From Candidatus Saccharimonadota bacterium (GTDB lineage Bacteria; Patescibacteriota; Saccharimonadia; Saccharimonadales; UBA4665): DNA of 32,000 nucleotides. The stretch spans positions 30,001-62,000 of the forward strand of contig CP064992.1 of assembly GCA_016699935.1 (NCBI GenBank), written 5' to 3'. Under the pieces are notes generated by a model. The model ran no database searches and was not told the DNA's origin. It saw nothing but the letters and a program-made list of their open reading frames with translations. Of the stretch, positions 1 to 8,379 are shown piece by piece. Both the position numbers and the translations under genes were made by a program. The stretch's first letter is position 1; each line of letters starts with the position of its first letter.

Positions 1-347
1 CGACCGGCCATAGCCGCATCCCAGTCTTTAACACGCAAAAAACCATATGCTTTGGGGTTATACTCGTCAAAGAACTTGTTGACATAGACTTCGACGAAGA
101 CCCACCCCGCGTTGACGAGTTGGCTCTACACCCAACGCAGCTTGTCGGTGCCGGTACCGCGCTCGATACCATGTTTCGTAAATTTATTTCCGCCCAAACC
201 CATCTTATCCCGGTTGAGCGCGACGATGTTATTGTAGGCATTGTCACTATTGAAGATTTACTTGAAGAAATCCTCGGCCACGAAATAGAAGACGAGTCAG
301 ATCGAGCTGTCGCGCTCGCAAATCGGCTCAAGAGAAAGAGAAGCTAA
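1..347 (+). CDS. CBS-domain pair protein (DUF21/CNNM hemolysin-like family), C-terminal part; 5' end outside window
   Basis: Frame 3 is open from base 3 to the TAA at 345-347. Translation ...GHSRIPVF..VILVKELV..HLIPVERDDVIVGIVTIEDLLEEILGHEIEDESD matches the CBS2 and EDxxEEIxGxExDE tail of this family. The ORF-track start at 120 is an internal TTG. Confidence 0.75.
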   Translation, partial: TGHSRIPVFNTQKTICFGVILVKELVDIDFDEDPPRVDELALHPTQLVGAGTALDTMFRKFISAQTHLIPVERDDVIVGIVTIEDLLEEILGHEIEDESDRAVALANRLKRKRS

Positions 348-585
348 ATTATCATTGTCGTTGTGATAAATATCACAAATTGTTGTAAATAAAGTAACGT
401 GCTTTTGGCCTCTGGAATTATTGTATAATATCATTCGTTTTGCTTGACTTGCGAAATGCTTATGAACTAGCCTAATCGCTACGTGCCGATAACTTTATGG
501 TGGAGTTATGACGCACTAGCGGTCCTCCCTGGCTTTCAATACTATTCGCCGGGATTGTACTTGGACTGCGCTTAAGGAGGGTATT

Positions 586-1350
586 ATGAGAAAAACCGTA
601 CTATCAGCGGTCGCCTTTGCGACCGTACTATGTGGCGTCACCATGCCACGCGTATCAGCTCAATCGTTGGGCTCTTACCAGGAAAAAGATTTCGTCAAAA
701 CGGTCATATTGGCCAGCAACGATGAGAAAAATCCAAATGAGGTGAAGCAAACAGAAGAGAAAAAGGCAGATGAAGTTAAACCTGCCGTAGCGTCCGAACC
801 AGCAGCACCGGCGCCTGTCGTCGTGACAGTGCAGCCAGGTGACAGCCTGAGCAAAATCGCGGAAGCTCATGGCACAACTTGGACTCGTCTGTACTTTGCG
901 AATACCGCCATCGGTAATCCAAACATCATCAATCCAGGCGAGCAGATTCGGGTGCCAAGTGCGGATGAGGTGTTGGCTGAACGCCCACTGCCACAGCCCG
1001 TCGTCGTTGCCGCTCCAGTAGCGACAGCATACCGCGCAACCACCTACCGCGCAGCTGCCGCACCTGCCACGAGCTATCCGGTCAGTGCAAATGCCGCAAA
1101 GGCCTACATCTATTCACGCGAAAGCGGCAATAACCCAAATGCTACTAACCCGGGAGGCTGCTACGGCATCGGCCAGGACTGCAATGGTGTATTGCGCAGT
1201 TCTTGCGGTGCTGACTACGCCTGCCAAGACGCCTACTTTGAGGGCTACGCTGCCCGCCGCTACGGCAGCTGGGAAGCCGCCTATGCTTTTGGCAAGCCAA
1301 CCACTGGTGGTAGGATATGGGAGAAACATGCGCGGCCCTATCCGCTTTGA
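586..1350 (+). CDS. Secreted LysM-domain cell-wall protein with an Apf/transglycosylase-like C-terminal domain
   Basis: AAGGAGG (574-580) lies upstream of the ATG at 586. There is a signal peptide (MRKTVLSAVAFATVLCGV..), a LysM core (VTVQPGDSLSKIAEAHGTTWTRLYFAN..GEQIRVP) and a C-terminal ..IYSRESGNNPNATNPGGCYGIGQ.. As assembled the ORF ends at 1350. One extra T in the T4 run at 1287-1290 would give ..AYAFWQANHWW* ending at 1313, which matches the remnant at 2515-2571. Confidence 0.85.
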   Translation: MRKTVLSAVAFATVLCGVTMPRVSAQSLGSYQEKDFVKTVILASNDEKNPNEVKQTEEKKADEVKPAVASEPAAPAPVVVTVQPGDSLSKIAEAHGTTWTRLYFANTAIGNPNIINPGEQIRVPSADEVLAERPLPQPVVVAAPVATAYRATTYRAAAAPATSYPVSANAAKAYIYSRESGNNPNATNPGGCYGIGQDCNGVLRSSCGADYACQDAYFEGYAARRYGSWEAAYAFGKPTTGGRIWEKHARPYPL

Positions 1351-1378
1351 GCGGACAGGGAACCTCCGGCTTGTTTTT
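1336..1378 (+). terminator. Probable intrinsic terminator of the LysM gene
   Basis: Hairpin CCCTATCCGC-TTTGA-GCGGACAGGG (1336-1360), followed within 15 nt by the T-rich stretch TTGTTTTT. Confidence 0.4.
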
Positions 1379-1427
1379 CCCACTCTCCGCCCTAACGGCG
1401 AATCACTTCCCTTTTCAACAATTTTGT

Positions 1428-1462
1428 AAATATATTTCCGGAATAAATCCGGAAATATATTT
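1428..1462. repeat. Perfect 15-bp inverted repeat (hairpin)
   Basis: AAATATATTTCCGGA-ATAAA-TCCGGAAATATATTT. It sits between the convergent LysM gene and the minus-strand ORF and could act as a bidirectional terminator. Confidence 0.5.
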
Positions 1463-1682
1463 CGTTTATTGAACTGTCGCTTTCAGCGACAAAACTTGGA
1501 AAGAGGCTGGTATGCAGTGAGTGCTCACTGCGATGCTGCATAAGGTTATCCCTGGGTACCGGGGATGCATAACGACTGATTTGAAATTTCAAGTAAGCCG
1601 GTCGTTTGCACTCTCCCCGGCAGCTTTGTCCAACTTTGGCTGCCCAAAGTTGGTCGACACGGCAGTCCGAGAACTGCCGATG

Positions 1683-1851
1683 TTAAAACCTCTTGCAGAA
1701 TAATCCGTATACCCAGAACGTGATGATTTTTGTTTCAAATTGGCAATAGCCGACAAATCGTAACTGCTGTTACGATGCGAAGGTTATTGCTCTGTTTGGG
1801 ACAAAAAGGGCGCGTTATGGACTACGGAGTTATTATGCGGGGAGGTCTTAA
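1683..1851 (-). mobile_element. 170-bp TTAA-bounded palindromic MITE-like element, copy 1
   Basis: About 96% identical by eye to 6693-6862. Termini are TTAAAACCTC...GAGGTCTTAA. The left and right halves are largely self-complementary, with an internal hairpin CGTAAC-NNNN-GTTACG. The outer TTAA supplies the TAA stop of ORF 1848-2446. Confidence 0.6.
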
Positions 1852-2446
1852 GTAGATAGGTTAGGATCATCTTGTGGCGCATAGACGGCGTCTTGTGGCG
1901 CATTGACGGCGTCTTGTGGCGTACCGACAACTTTTCTTGCATGTCCAACGATGACCCACAAGGCACTAACAGCACTGCTATGGTTCGTGCGTCGTTCGTC
2001 CGTAAACACGAGGCTGTTTGGCATATCTTCTTTCGGTACAATATCCGAACGACCAAGGTCAAACTTTGCTCTGCCAGGTTGCTGTGTAATCGTAAAAAGA
2101 CCAACTAAGCGTAAACTTCTTTCTTGCTTCCAGGGCAACAAGCGACGACGAGACACCGTCTCAACAAAATCGCCAAATTGGGCAGTGAACCCATAGTCAC
2201 CTCTGGCCTCAAGTGTATCTGATCCCCTTTGCGTTAGTATATTGATCAAAAAGACCGCAAGCGCTTTTGTGCGTTCTGGTGATTGATCATTATCCACCAG
2301 TTGCGTTCCGATCTCAGAAAACAGACCGGGGCAGTCTGATACCGTATCGCCACTATGAAGTAGCCTAAAACAATCCCACCACCTCTTATAGCATCATGCC
2401 GATACCTTCTTGATAATTTTGGGGTCACATACTTTGAGTAAGCCAC
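1848..2446 (-). CDS. Hypothetical protein (about 199 aa if ORFs 2246-2446 and 1848-2297 are joined by one missing base); C-terminal PQDAV(N/Y)A repeats
   Basis: Two overlapping minus-strand ORFs span 599 nt (3n-1), the same single-base-deletion signature seen in many genes here. The 3' end holds a 21-nt tandem repeat (about 1868-1925). I recognise no family. Confidence 0.4.
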
Positions 2447-2514
2447 AAATAGTACTATACCATCTTTTTATCATATGGTACGTTTTGTTATACTTATACC
2501 TACGGACACACGGT

Positions 2515-2571
2515 CGTAACGGCGTTTTGGAAGGCGCCTACTCCTTCTGGCAAGCCAACCACTGGTGGTAA
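2515..2571 (+). pseudogene. 3'-terminal remnant of a second LysM/Apf-type gene
   Basis: Translates to ..RNGVLEGAYSFWQANHWW*. It aligns with 1258-1313 and shares the exact 22-mer GGCAAGCCAACCACTGGTGGTA (1291-1312 and 2549-2570). It is followed by its own hairpin GAGAACC-GAGATA-GGTTCTC. No upstream coding body remains. Confidence 0.6.
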
Positions 2572-2682
2572 AAATAATATGAGAACCGAGATAGGTTCTC
2601 TCACCGCGCAGAGTCTCGCATCTCGCTTCACTCGTTCATTCGACTCTGGCTGCTCTTTCCTCATAATTAATTCTCAGGATAA

Positions 2683-3468
2683 ATGGACTCTTTCTATTAT
2701 TGTATGATGAGCTATACTGAAACTATCATTAGTATAAGCGAGACAAACATGAATACTGAAAAACAAGATCAATATAAACCCGAAGAGCCAGTAGTGTCAC
2801 CAACGCCTCTCGTTCCAGAGAGTTCCAGCGTAGCTGTTGCAGCCAGCGAATCACCAAGCCCAGCTGTTGTCAGCAGCCCTGTGGCTTCCAGTGGGAATTA
2901 TGCTTCGATAATGAGCATAGAAGAAATACCCGAAAAGCGTAGCTGGCTTAAATCGTATGCGTATCTGCCTGAGTATTTTGTTATGCTCGTAATGCTTACG
3001 ACCCTCCTTTTTGCGCTTACGAACCTACTCAACATTGGTTTGGATAGCATCATCAATGCAGAAAAATCAACTGGCGACGGTTACAGTCCATATGATTTTA
3101 GCAATTTTGAACTTGTTTCTTCGCTTTCAGCAGTTATTGTGAGCCTGCCTGTTTTTGTGGTGCTGTATCTCAGGACGAAGGCTACCGAAAAGGTAACTCC
3201 AGGAATTGTGACTCATCGCTGGCGTAAAGCTTTTCTAGGCGTATTCATAGTTGTACAGCTCATGACTATCATCGGTAATTTGTCGGGACTGGTTTACCAA
3301 ATAGTATCCCGCATAGTAGATGGCAAAGATACTTTGTCGCTTCTAACCAGTTCAACCCAGGGCGATCCGATATGGCAGCTTATGATTGCATCAACGCTCA
3401 ATGTGGCGCTTATTGGCTTTGCCGTCTACGTAATAGGCAAAGAATATCAAAGGAAGGAGAACTCCTAA
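2683..3468 (+). CDS. Multi-pass membrane protein, DUF5671-like
   Basis: Ser/Pro-rich N-terminus followed by 4-5 hydrophobic helices. The motif ..HRWRKAFLGVFIVVQLMTIIGNLSGLVYQIV.. resembles the DUF5671 signature. The ATG at 2749 (MNTEKQ..) is an equally plausible start. Confidence 0.65.
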   Translation: MDSFYYCMMSYTETIISISETNMNTEKQDQYKPEEPVVSPTPLVPESSSVAVAASESPSPAVVSSPVASSGNYASIMSIEEIPEKRSWLKSYAYLPEYFVMLVMLTTLLFALTNLLNIGLDSIINAEKSTGDGYSPYDFSNFELVSSLSAVIVSLPVFVVLYLRTKATEKVTPGIVTHRWRKAFLGVFIVVQLMTIIGNLSGLVYQIVSRIVDGKDTLSLLTSSTQGDPIWQLMIASTLNVALIGFAVYVIGKEYQRKENS

Positions 3469-3469
3469 T

Positions 3470-4309
3470 ATGCTTTCCTCCCAGCAAAAGTTGCTGGTAC
3501 TCGTTTTAGCTATTGCGAGTGCCATTGCAATTGGACTTCAGGTGCCCACTCTTAGTCTGCAAAAGTCCAAAGCATCAGATGAACAGAAAAGCCAAGACAT
3601 CTCATCATTGAGTTACGAGATTAAGTCCTATAACTCGAATGAAGGCGAGCTGCCGACACGACTGACTGAGCTACAAAAATTAGATGATGAAGTGAAAAAT
3701 CGCTTAGATGATTACCGCTATGAGCCAAGCGAAGACTCATTTAAACTATGTGCAACATTTAAAACTGACACAGCGCCAGATAAATCCGAGCTAAAAAGCA
3801 GTTCGTACTCCAGCAGTTACATTGATTCGTCCCGTCACAAGAAGGGCAATGTATGCTTCACATACGAAGTCTACTCCTACGGTAGCAGGTTCGACTATCC
3901 ATCATCCAGTAACTACCAGTATGATAATTATTCATCGAGTGACTCAGTGTCCTCAAACTCAACGAGCGTCCAATACAAATCAAATGATAATGAGCGACAA
4001 ACAGACATAAATATACTTCGATCACATCTTGAGGCTTACTATGCACAGTACGGTAATTATCCAACACTGGTCCAGGTAAACAACGAGACCTGGAGGGCAA
4101 CTAATATGAAAGGGCTAGATGCTGAGTCGCTAAGCGACCCCGAAAACCAAACCAACCAAATACTTGCCGACCGCCCAATAGCCAAGCGATATTCATACGC
4201 CCCTAAAACAAAAGGGAACGTGAGATGCGTGGTTGAAACGGAATGCAATTCTTATGTTGTTACGGCTACGCTCTCTGACGGAGATGAGTATTCGCAGTCA
4301 TCTTATTAG
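3470..4309 (+). CDS. Membrane-anchored secreted protein with two pilin-like core repeats
   Basis: The ATG is 1 nt after the upstream stop. It has an N-terminal anchor (LLVLVLAIASAIAIGL) and two copies of the pseudopilin-style motif (..QDISSLSYEIKSYNSNEGELPTRL.. and ..RQTDINILRSHLEAYYAQYGNYPTL..). There is no canonical G/FTLIE prepilin cleavage site. Confidence 0.6.
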   Translation: MLSSQQKLLVLVLAIASAIAIGLQVPTLSLQKSKASDEQKSQDISSLSYEIKSYNSNEGELPTRLTELQKLDDEVKNRLDDYRYEPSEDSFKLCATFKTDTAPDKSELKSSSYSSSYIDSSRHKKGNVCFTYEVYSYGSRFDYPSSSNYQYDNYSSSDSVSSNSTSVQYKSNDNERQTDINILRSHLEAYYAQYGNYPTLVQVNNETWRATNMKGLDAESLSDPENQTNQILADRPIAKRYSYAPKTKGNVRCVVETECNSYVVTATLSDGDEYSQSSY

Positions 4310-4326
4310 TTCAATAGACTATTTGC

Positions 4327-4673
4327 ATGTATGGACTTTTCGCAAAATCATATGAATACACCGATGGCCGCTGCTATGTTGACGGTATTGAGCTAGCAGA
4401 TGCTTCGGCATGCACTGCCCCGATATCAATTGCTTTTGGTGTTCTTATTGCTGTGTTAATAATTGGTTTGTTATGTGCTGTTCTATGGGTATTTACACTA
4501 CGCCACCTGTTACGGAATGCTGATGTGTCAGACCGTACAGCCTGGCTAGCCTTTCATATTGTCGCTCCACCTTTTGCAGCCGTGCTATATTTTTCACTGA
4601 CATGCGCGCACACAAAAGAAAAAGTCACAACAAGCTGGCCCTATTGTTCGCTACTAAGTCGCGTACAATGTAA
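4327..4673 (+). CDS. Small membrane protein with a PLDc_N-like (cardiolipin synthase N-terminal type) motif
   Basis: The motif ..VLWVFTLRHLLRNADVSDRTAWLAFHIVAPPFAAVLYF.. is present. As assembled the frame runs on into rarA, to 4842. The real 3' end is uncertain; a frame-0 TAA at 4671-4673 is the candidate if one more base is missing. Confidence 0.45.
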
Positions 4674-4675
4674 GG

Positions 4676-5857
4676 ATGGATACGAGGCCGCTAGCGGAGA
4701 GGATGAGACCGGGAAGCTTGACGATGTTATCGGGCAAGAGCATTTGGTGGGTGCTCAGAAAATCATACGGCAAATTATTGAGCGCAAAGAACCGACGAGT
4801 TTGATACTATGGGGCCGCCAGGTACTGGCAAAACTACTCTAGCTCGGATTATTGCCGCCGAAACAGGTGCCGAGTTCGTCGAAATCAGTGCCGTCACTAG
4901 CGGCAAAGCAGACGTCACAAAAGTCATCGAACTGGCCAAGCAAAATCAGCGGCTTGGGATGCAAACGATACTTTTCGTCGATGAAATCCATCGTTTCAAT
5001 AAAGCTCAGCAAGATGCCTTTCTTCCTCATGTCGAGTCTGGCGTCATCACACTAATAGGTGCGACCACTGAAAACCCGAGCTTCGAGATCATCAACCCCC
5101 TGCTCTCCCGCAGCCGGGTTCTGGTACTCGAACCATTGCAACGAAGTGAAATTATCGCGATTTTACAGAGAGCTGCAAAGCAAATGAAGTTAACTGCCAA
5201 AATTTTGCCGAAAAAATCCGTAGAGCTCTTGGCCGATCTGAGTGGCGGGGACGCCCGCGTGGCACTGGGAAATCTAGAGCTCGCCCAGCGCCTTGCCCTT
5301 GGCAAAACCATCACACCCGATTTGGTCGAAACGGCTGCCCAAACAAAGTTGCCTGGCTACGACAAAAAGGGTGAAACACACTACAATATTATCTCTGCAT
5401 TTATTAAGTCCATGCGTGGCAGCGACCCTACAGCCACACTCTACTACATGGCGCGCATGTTGCAGGCTGGAGAAGACCCAAAGTTTATCGCCCGGCGAAT
5501 GGTAGTTTTTGCTAGTGAAGATATAGGCCTGGCAGCACCAGCTGCGCTCAACCTTGCGGTGTCAACTTTCCTGGCGGTCGAACGAATTGGTTTGCCGGAA
5601 GCAGAAATAAATCTCAGCCACTGCGCGGTGGTTCTTGCGAAATCACTGAAGAGCCGCGAAAGCTACGATGCCTGGGGCAAAGCTAAGACACTCGCTGCAC
5701 AGTACCCCGACCTCCCCGTCCCCTTGGTCTGCGAAACGCTCCCACCAGCCTCATGAAAGACCTTGGCTACGGCAAAGGTGCAAAATGGGAAGCCGGCCAC
5801 AAACACCCCGACGGATTTCTTCCGCCAGAACTGACAATCTACGACTTTTTCAAATAA
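4676..5857 (+). CDS. rarA: Replication-associated recombination protein A (AAA+ ATPase), broken by three 1-nt deletions in this assembly
   Basis: MDTRPLAERMRPGSL | DDVIGQEHLVGAQKIIRQIIERKEPTSLILWG | PPGTGKTTLARII...LPVPL | LRNAPTSLMKDLGYGKG...YDFFK*. Frame changes occur at about 4720 (G run), about 4812 (inside Walker A, TGGGGCCGCC) and about 5728. The frames step 2->1->0->2. Confidence 0.85.
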
Positions 5858-5903
5858 CACATTTCACAGATGAACAAGGTAATCCTTTTTATCTGGCCTA
5901 ATT

Positions 5904-6469
5904 TTATTGCGCAGAAAGCCTATTGGCAGTATGGACCATGAGCCAACCAAAACTAAATGTTGTGAGGATTTCGGCCACAAACAGCACATGCAGTACGCCA
6001 AAGTATGTTAGGGCTGCAAGCGCAAAGCCGAACAGGAATACCCACAAAAGACGTTTTGCAATTGCCGTGCGCGCAAGCTGCAAAGCGTACCAAAATGCCA
6101 GCGGAAATTCCGCAATGAAAATCGCGACTGTACTGTATACATGAAGCTTGTCAAAAAATCGTTTATCTTATAGGTATACGTCGTTATGGCAACCAATAGG
6201 CAGAGGACTCCAATAAGCATAAGAGTCGCCCGAAAACTCGAAGCGTGGGGCAAGTCTTTGGTAATGGCACGAGCGCCGAGTATGACAAGCAACCCGCAAC
6301 CGATGAAACCGATACTAAACGGCCAGAGTGTTTCCGCATTTACCCCGTAGTTACTCACACCGCCCTGATCCGTGCTGAACAAAAATTTTGGCAATATAAT
6401 GGTACAAATTACGAGTGCAACTGCCAGCACAAGCTGGCTGGCGAGAAGTAGTTTTGCTGCTTTTGTCAC
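5904..6469 (-). CDS. Multi-pass membrane protein (hypothetical), one frameshift
   Basis: GTG start at 6469 (MTKAAKLLLASQLVLAVALV..). After the A6 run at 6153-6158 the hydrophobic reading continues in another frame (..VAIFIAEFPLAFWYALQLARTAIAKRLLWVFLFGFALAAL..) to the TAA at 5904-5906. The span is 3n-1. Confidence 0.6.
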
Positions 6470-6692
6470 TGTGTTACGATAGCACGAGTATAGCGCTTTT
6501 GCTATAGTTGTGTCGAGCCGTCACTCACAAAATATCGTCTAACAAATGAGCCTTGCGGAGATATCTGTTATACACTGGACGATCCGAAATATTCCAAGAT
6601 GCGATATCGGTGACGACTCTGTTGCGGCCACAAAGTAGTTATTGTTTACATGAACCCGGATGCAGATGCGGTTGAAATACTGGAGTAATGAC

Positions 6693-6862
6693 TTAAGACC
6701 TCTTGCAGAATAATCCGTATACCCAGAACGTGATGATTTTTGTTTCAAATTGGCAATAGCCGACAAATCGTAACCGCTGTTACGATGCGAAGGTTATTGC
6801 TCTATTTGGGACAAAAAGGGCGTGTTATGGACTACGGAGTTATTTTGTGGGGGAGGTCTTAA
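6693..6862 (-). mobile_element. 170-bp TTAA-bounded palindromic MITE-like element, copy 2
   Basis: TTAAGACCTC...GAGGTCTTAA, a near-identical copy of 1683-1851. The outer TTAA supplies the TAA stop of maf (6859-6861). Confidence 0.6.
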
Positions 6863-7421
6863 TTACCGAACGGTAGCAATAAGTTTTTCAAGAGTTGTAT
6901 AGGGAGGCCGAGGATGGTGTCTTCGGAACCTTCTATGTGATCGAGTAGCGAACCAATGTGCTGAATGGCGTAGGCACCGGCTTTATCTGCATAGTCGCCT
7001 GTTGCCAAATAGGCTTCGACACTAACTTCGTCGTATGGCTTGAGGTAGACCCAGGCATTATCAAAGGTGACCTGTTCGTAGTTTTCGGAATTGCAGATAA
7101 CCGCAAGTGACGAGGTAACTTTGTTCGGTGCGGTAGTAATCAGCCACCACATGCGACGAGCATCGTCGATATCTAAAGCCTTGCCGAGCTGTGTGTTACC
7201 GACGGTCACTATGGTGTCACTGCCGATGACAATCGCCTCTGGGTACTGCTCGGCGACAGCGAGCGCCTTCCCCGACCTAGTTCCATGGCAATCTCTTCAA
7301 CCGGCCGTGATTCATCGAGGTACTCGTCAAAGTCACTCGGCACAACCGTAAACTCAAGCCCCATTTTCTCGAGCAGCTCTTTCCGCCGCGGTGACGTACT
7401 TGCCAGAATGATCTGTCTCAT
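6859..7421 (-). CDS. maf: Maf-like nucleoside triphosphate pyrophosphatase, one frameshift
   Basis: MRQIILASTSPRRKELLEKMGLEFTVVPSDFDE..EIAMELG then ..GKALAVAEQYPEAIVIGSDTIVTVGNTQLGKA...AGAYAIQ... The frame change lies in the C4/G4 run at about 7271-7274. The span is 3n-1. Confidence 0.85.
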
Positions 7422-7438
7422 AGAACGTAGTATACTAG

Positions 7439-8339
7439 ATGTTAATGAGTGTCAGTATAGACATAGAAAAGTTATCGAAACAGTACGCTGGCGCGACAAC
7501 CCCTGCACTTGATAGCTTGACGTTGCGGGTACTGCCCGGGAGGTGTATGGGTTTTTGGGAGCAAACGGTGCCGGCAAAACCACGACCATACGGCTGCTGC
7601 TCAACTTCATCCAGCCTTCCAGTGGCACGGCCAGTATTATGGGCAAAGACATAGTCAAAGATACTGTAGAAGTTAAAAAACATGTCGGGTACCTCTCTGG
7701 CGAGATTGCACTATGGCCAAAGGTTACTGGAAATGAAATGTTTGCCTATCTGAGCAAATTGCAATCCGGGGTGAAAAAGGACTACTTGGCAGAGCTCATA
7801 AGTCGGTTTGAAGCTGAGCCAGACAAGCTCATCGGCGAACTCAGCAAGGGCAACCGCCAAAAGATTGGCATCATTCAGGCACTCATGCACCAGCCAGATG
7901 TACTCATACTGGACGAACCGACCAGCGGGCTCGACCCACTTATGCAGGAAGTGTTTTACGCAACTATTCGTGAAGCCAGTGCCCGAGGTGCCGCCGTATT
8001 TGTCAGTAGTCACAACCTAGCTGAGGCGCAGCGGATGTGCGACCGTGTGGGCATCATCAAACATGGCAGACTTATACATGAACAGGCTGTAAAAAGCGAT
8101 GAAAACCTGGCAGGTACAACCTTTCGTGTCGTCCTCGCTCACCCCAAAGACGCCGAAAAACTCCGCGCTAACCGCGCCCTGAAATTCATTTCGCACGAAG
8201 GTCACACCGTAGTTGTGCAGCCCAAAAGACCATCGCCGAGGCTCTCGCCGTCTTAAGCACCTGTACCATCACGACACTTACTACTGAACAGCTCAATCTA
8301 GAGGATGAATTCCTTGAGTATTATGGAGACGGTGCATGA
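7439..8339 (+). CDS. ABC transporter ATP-binding protein (ABC-2 type), two frameshifts
   Basis: ..LSKQYAGATTPALDSLTLRVLPG | EVYGFLGANGAGKTTTIRLL (Walker A)...LSKGNRQKIGI..LILDEPTSGLD...VVV | AQKTIAEALAVL..LEDEFLEYYGDGA*. Frame changes occur at about 7540 (G run) and about 8221. The ATG at 7445 is an alternative, leaderless-type start. Confidence 0.85.
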
Positions 8340-8341
8340 TT

Positions 8342-8376
8342 GATTTAGAGTTAAGAGATAAGAGTCATGAGTTAAG
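8342..8376 (+). repeat. Heptanucleotide-periodic array (AGNTAWG family)
   Basis: gatttag agttaag agataag agtcatg agttaag. It lies immediately upstream of the permease start. Confidence 0.6.
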
Positions 8377-8379
8377 GGT

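Noticed and set aside
430-585. ydaO/c-di-AMP riboswitch upstream of the LysM/Apf gene.
   Set aside because: Apart from AATCGCTACG, the conserved cores (GGGGA.CC, GGGGTGAATC, CCCGAATCC) are absent.
1390-1860. RNase P RNA, tmRNA or a group II intron fragment in the hairpin-dense region plus the TTAA element.
   Set aside because: Only a CCGGCTTAC-like motif resembles the RNase P 3' strand. There is no GGAAAGTCC P4 strand, no tRNA-like 3' end with a T loop, and no GTGYG 5' end or domain V consensus. Part of the region is a two-copy repeat, which a single-copy essential RNA would not be.
1848-2446. Small serine recombinase or resolvase as the mobilising enzyme of the 1.2-kb insert.
   Set aside because: The size (about 199 aa) fits, but no frame contains the N-terminal YARVS-type catalytic Ser motif, a DRLxR motif or a C-terminal HTH. 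No Tyr-recombinase R..HxxR..Y pattern is present either.
4700-5760. Programmed ribosomal frameshifting or true pseudogenisation of rarA (and likewise pgi, maf and others).
   Set aside because: There are three shifts in one gene, one of them inside the Walker A codons, and all sit at short homopolymers with no slippery heptamer or downstream structure. The same signature hits essential genes across the window. Sequencing error is far more parsimonious.
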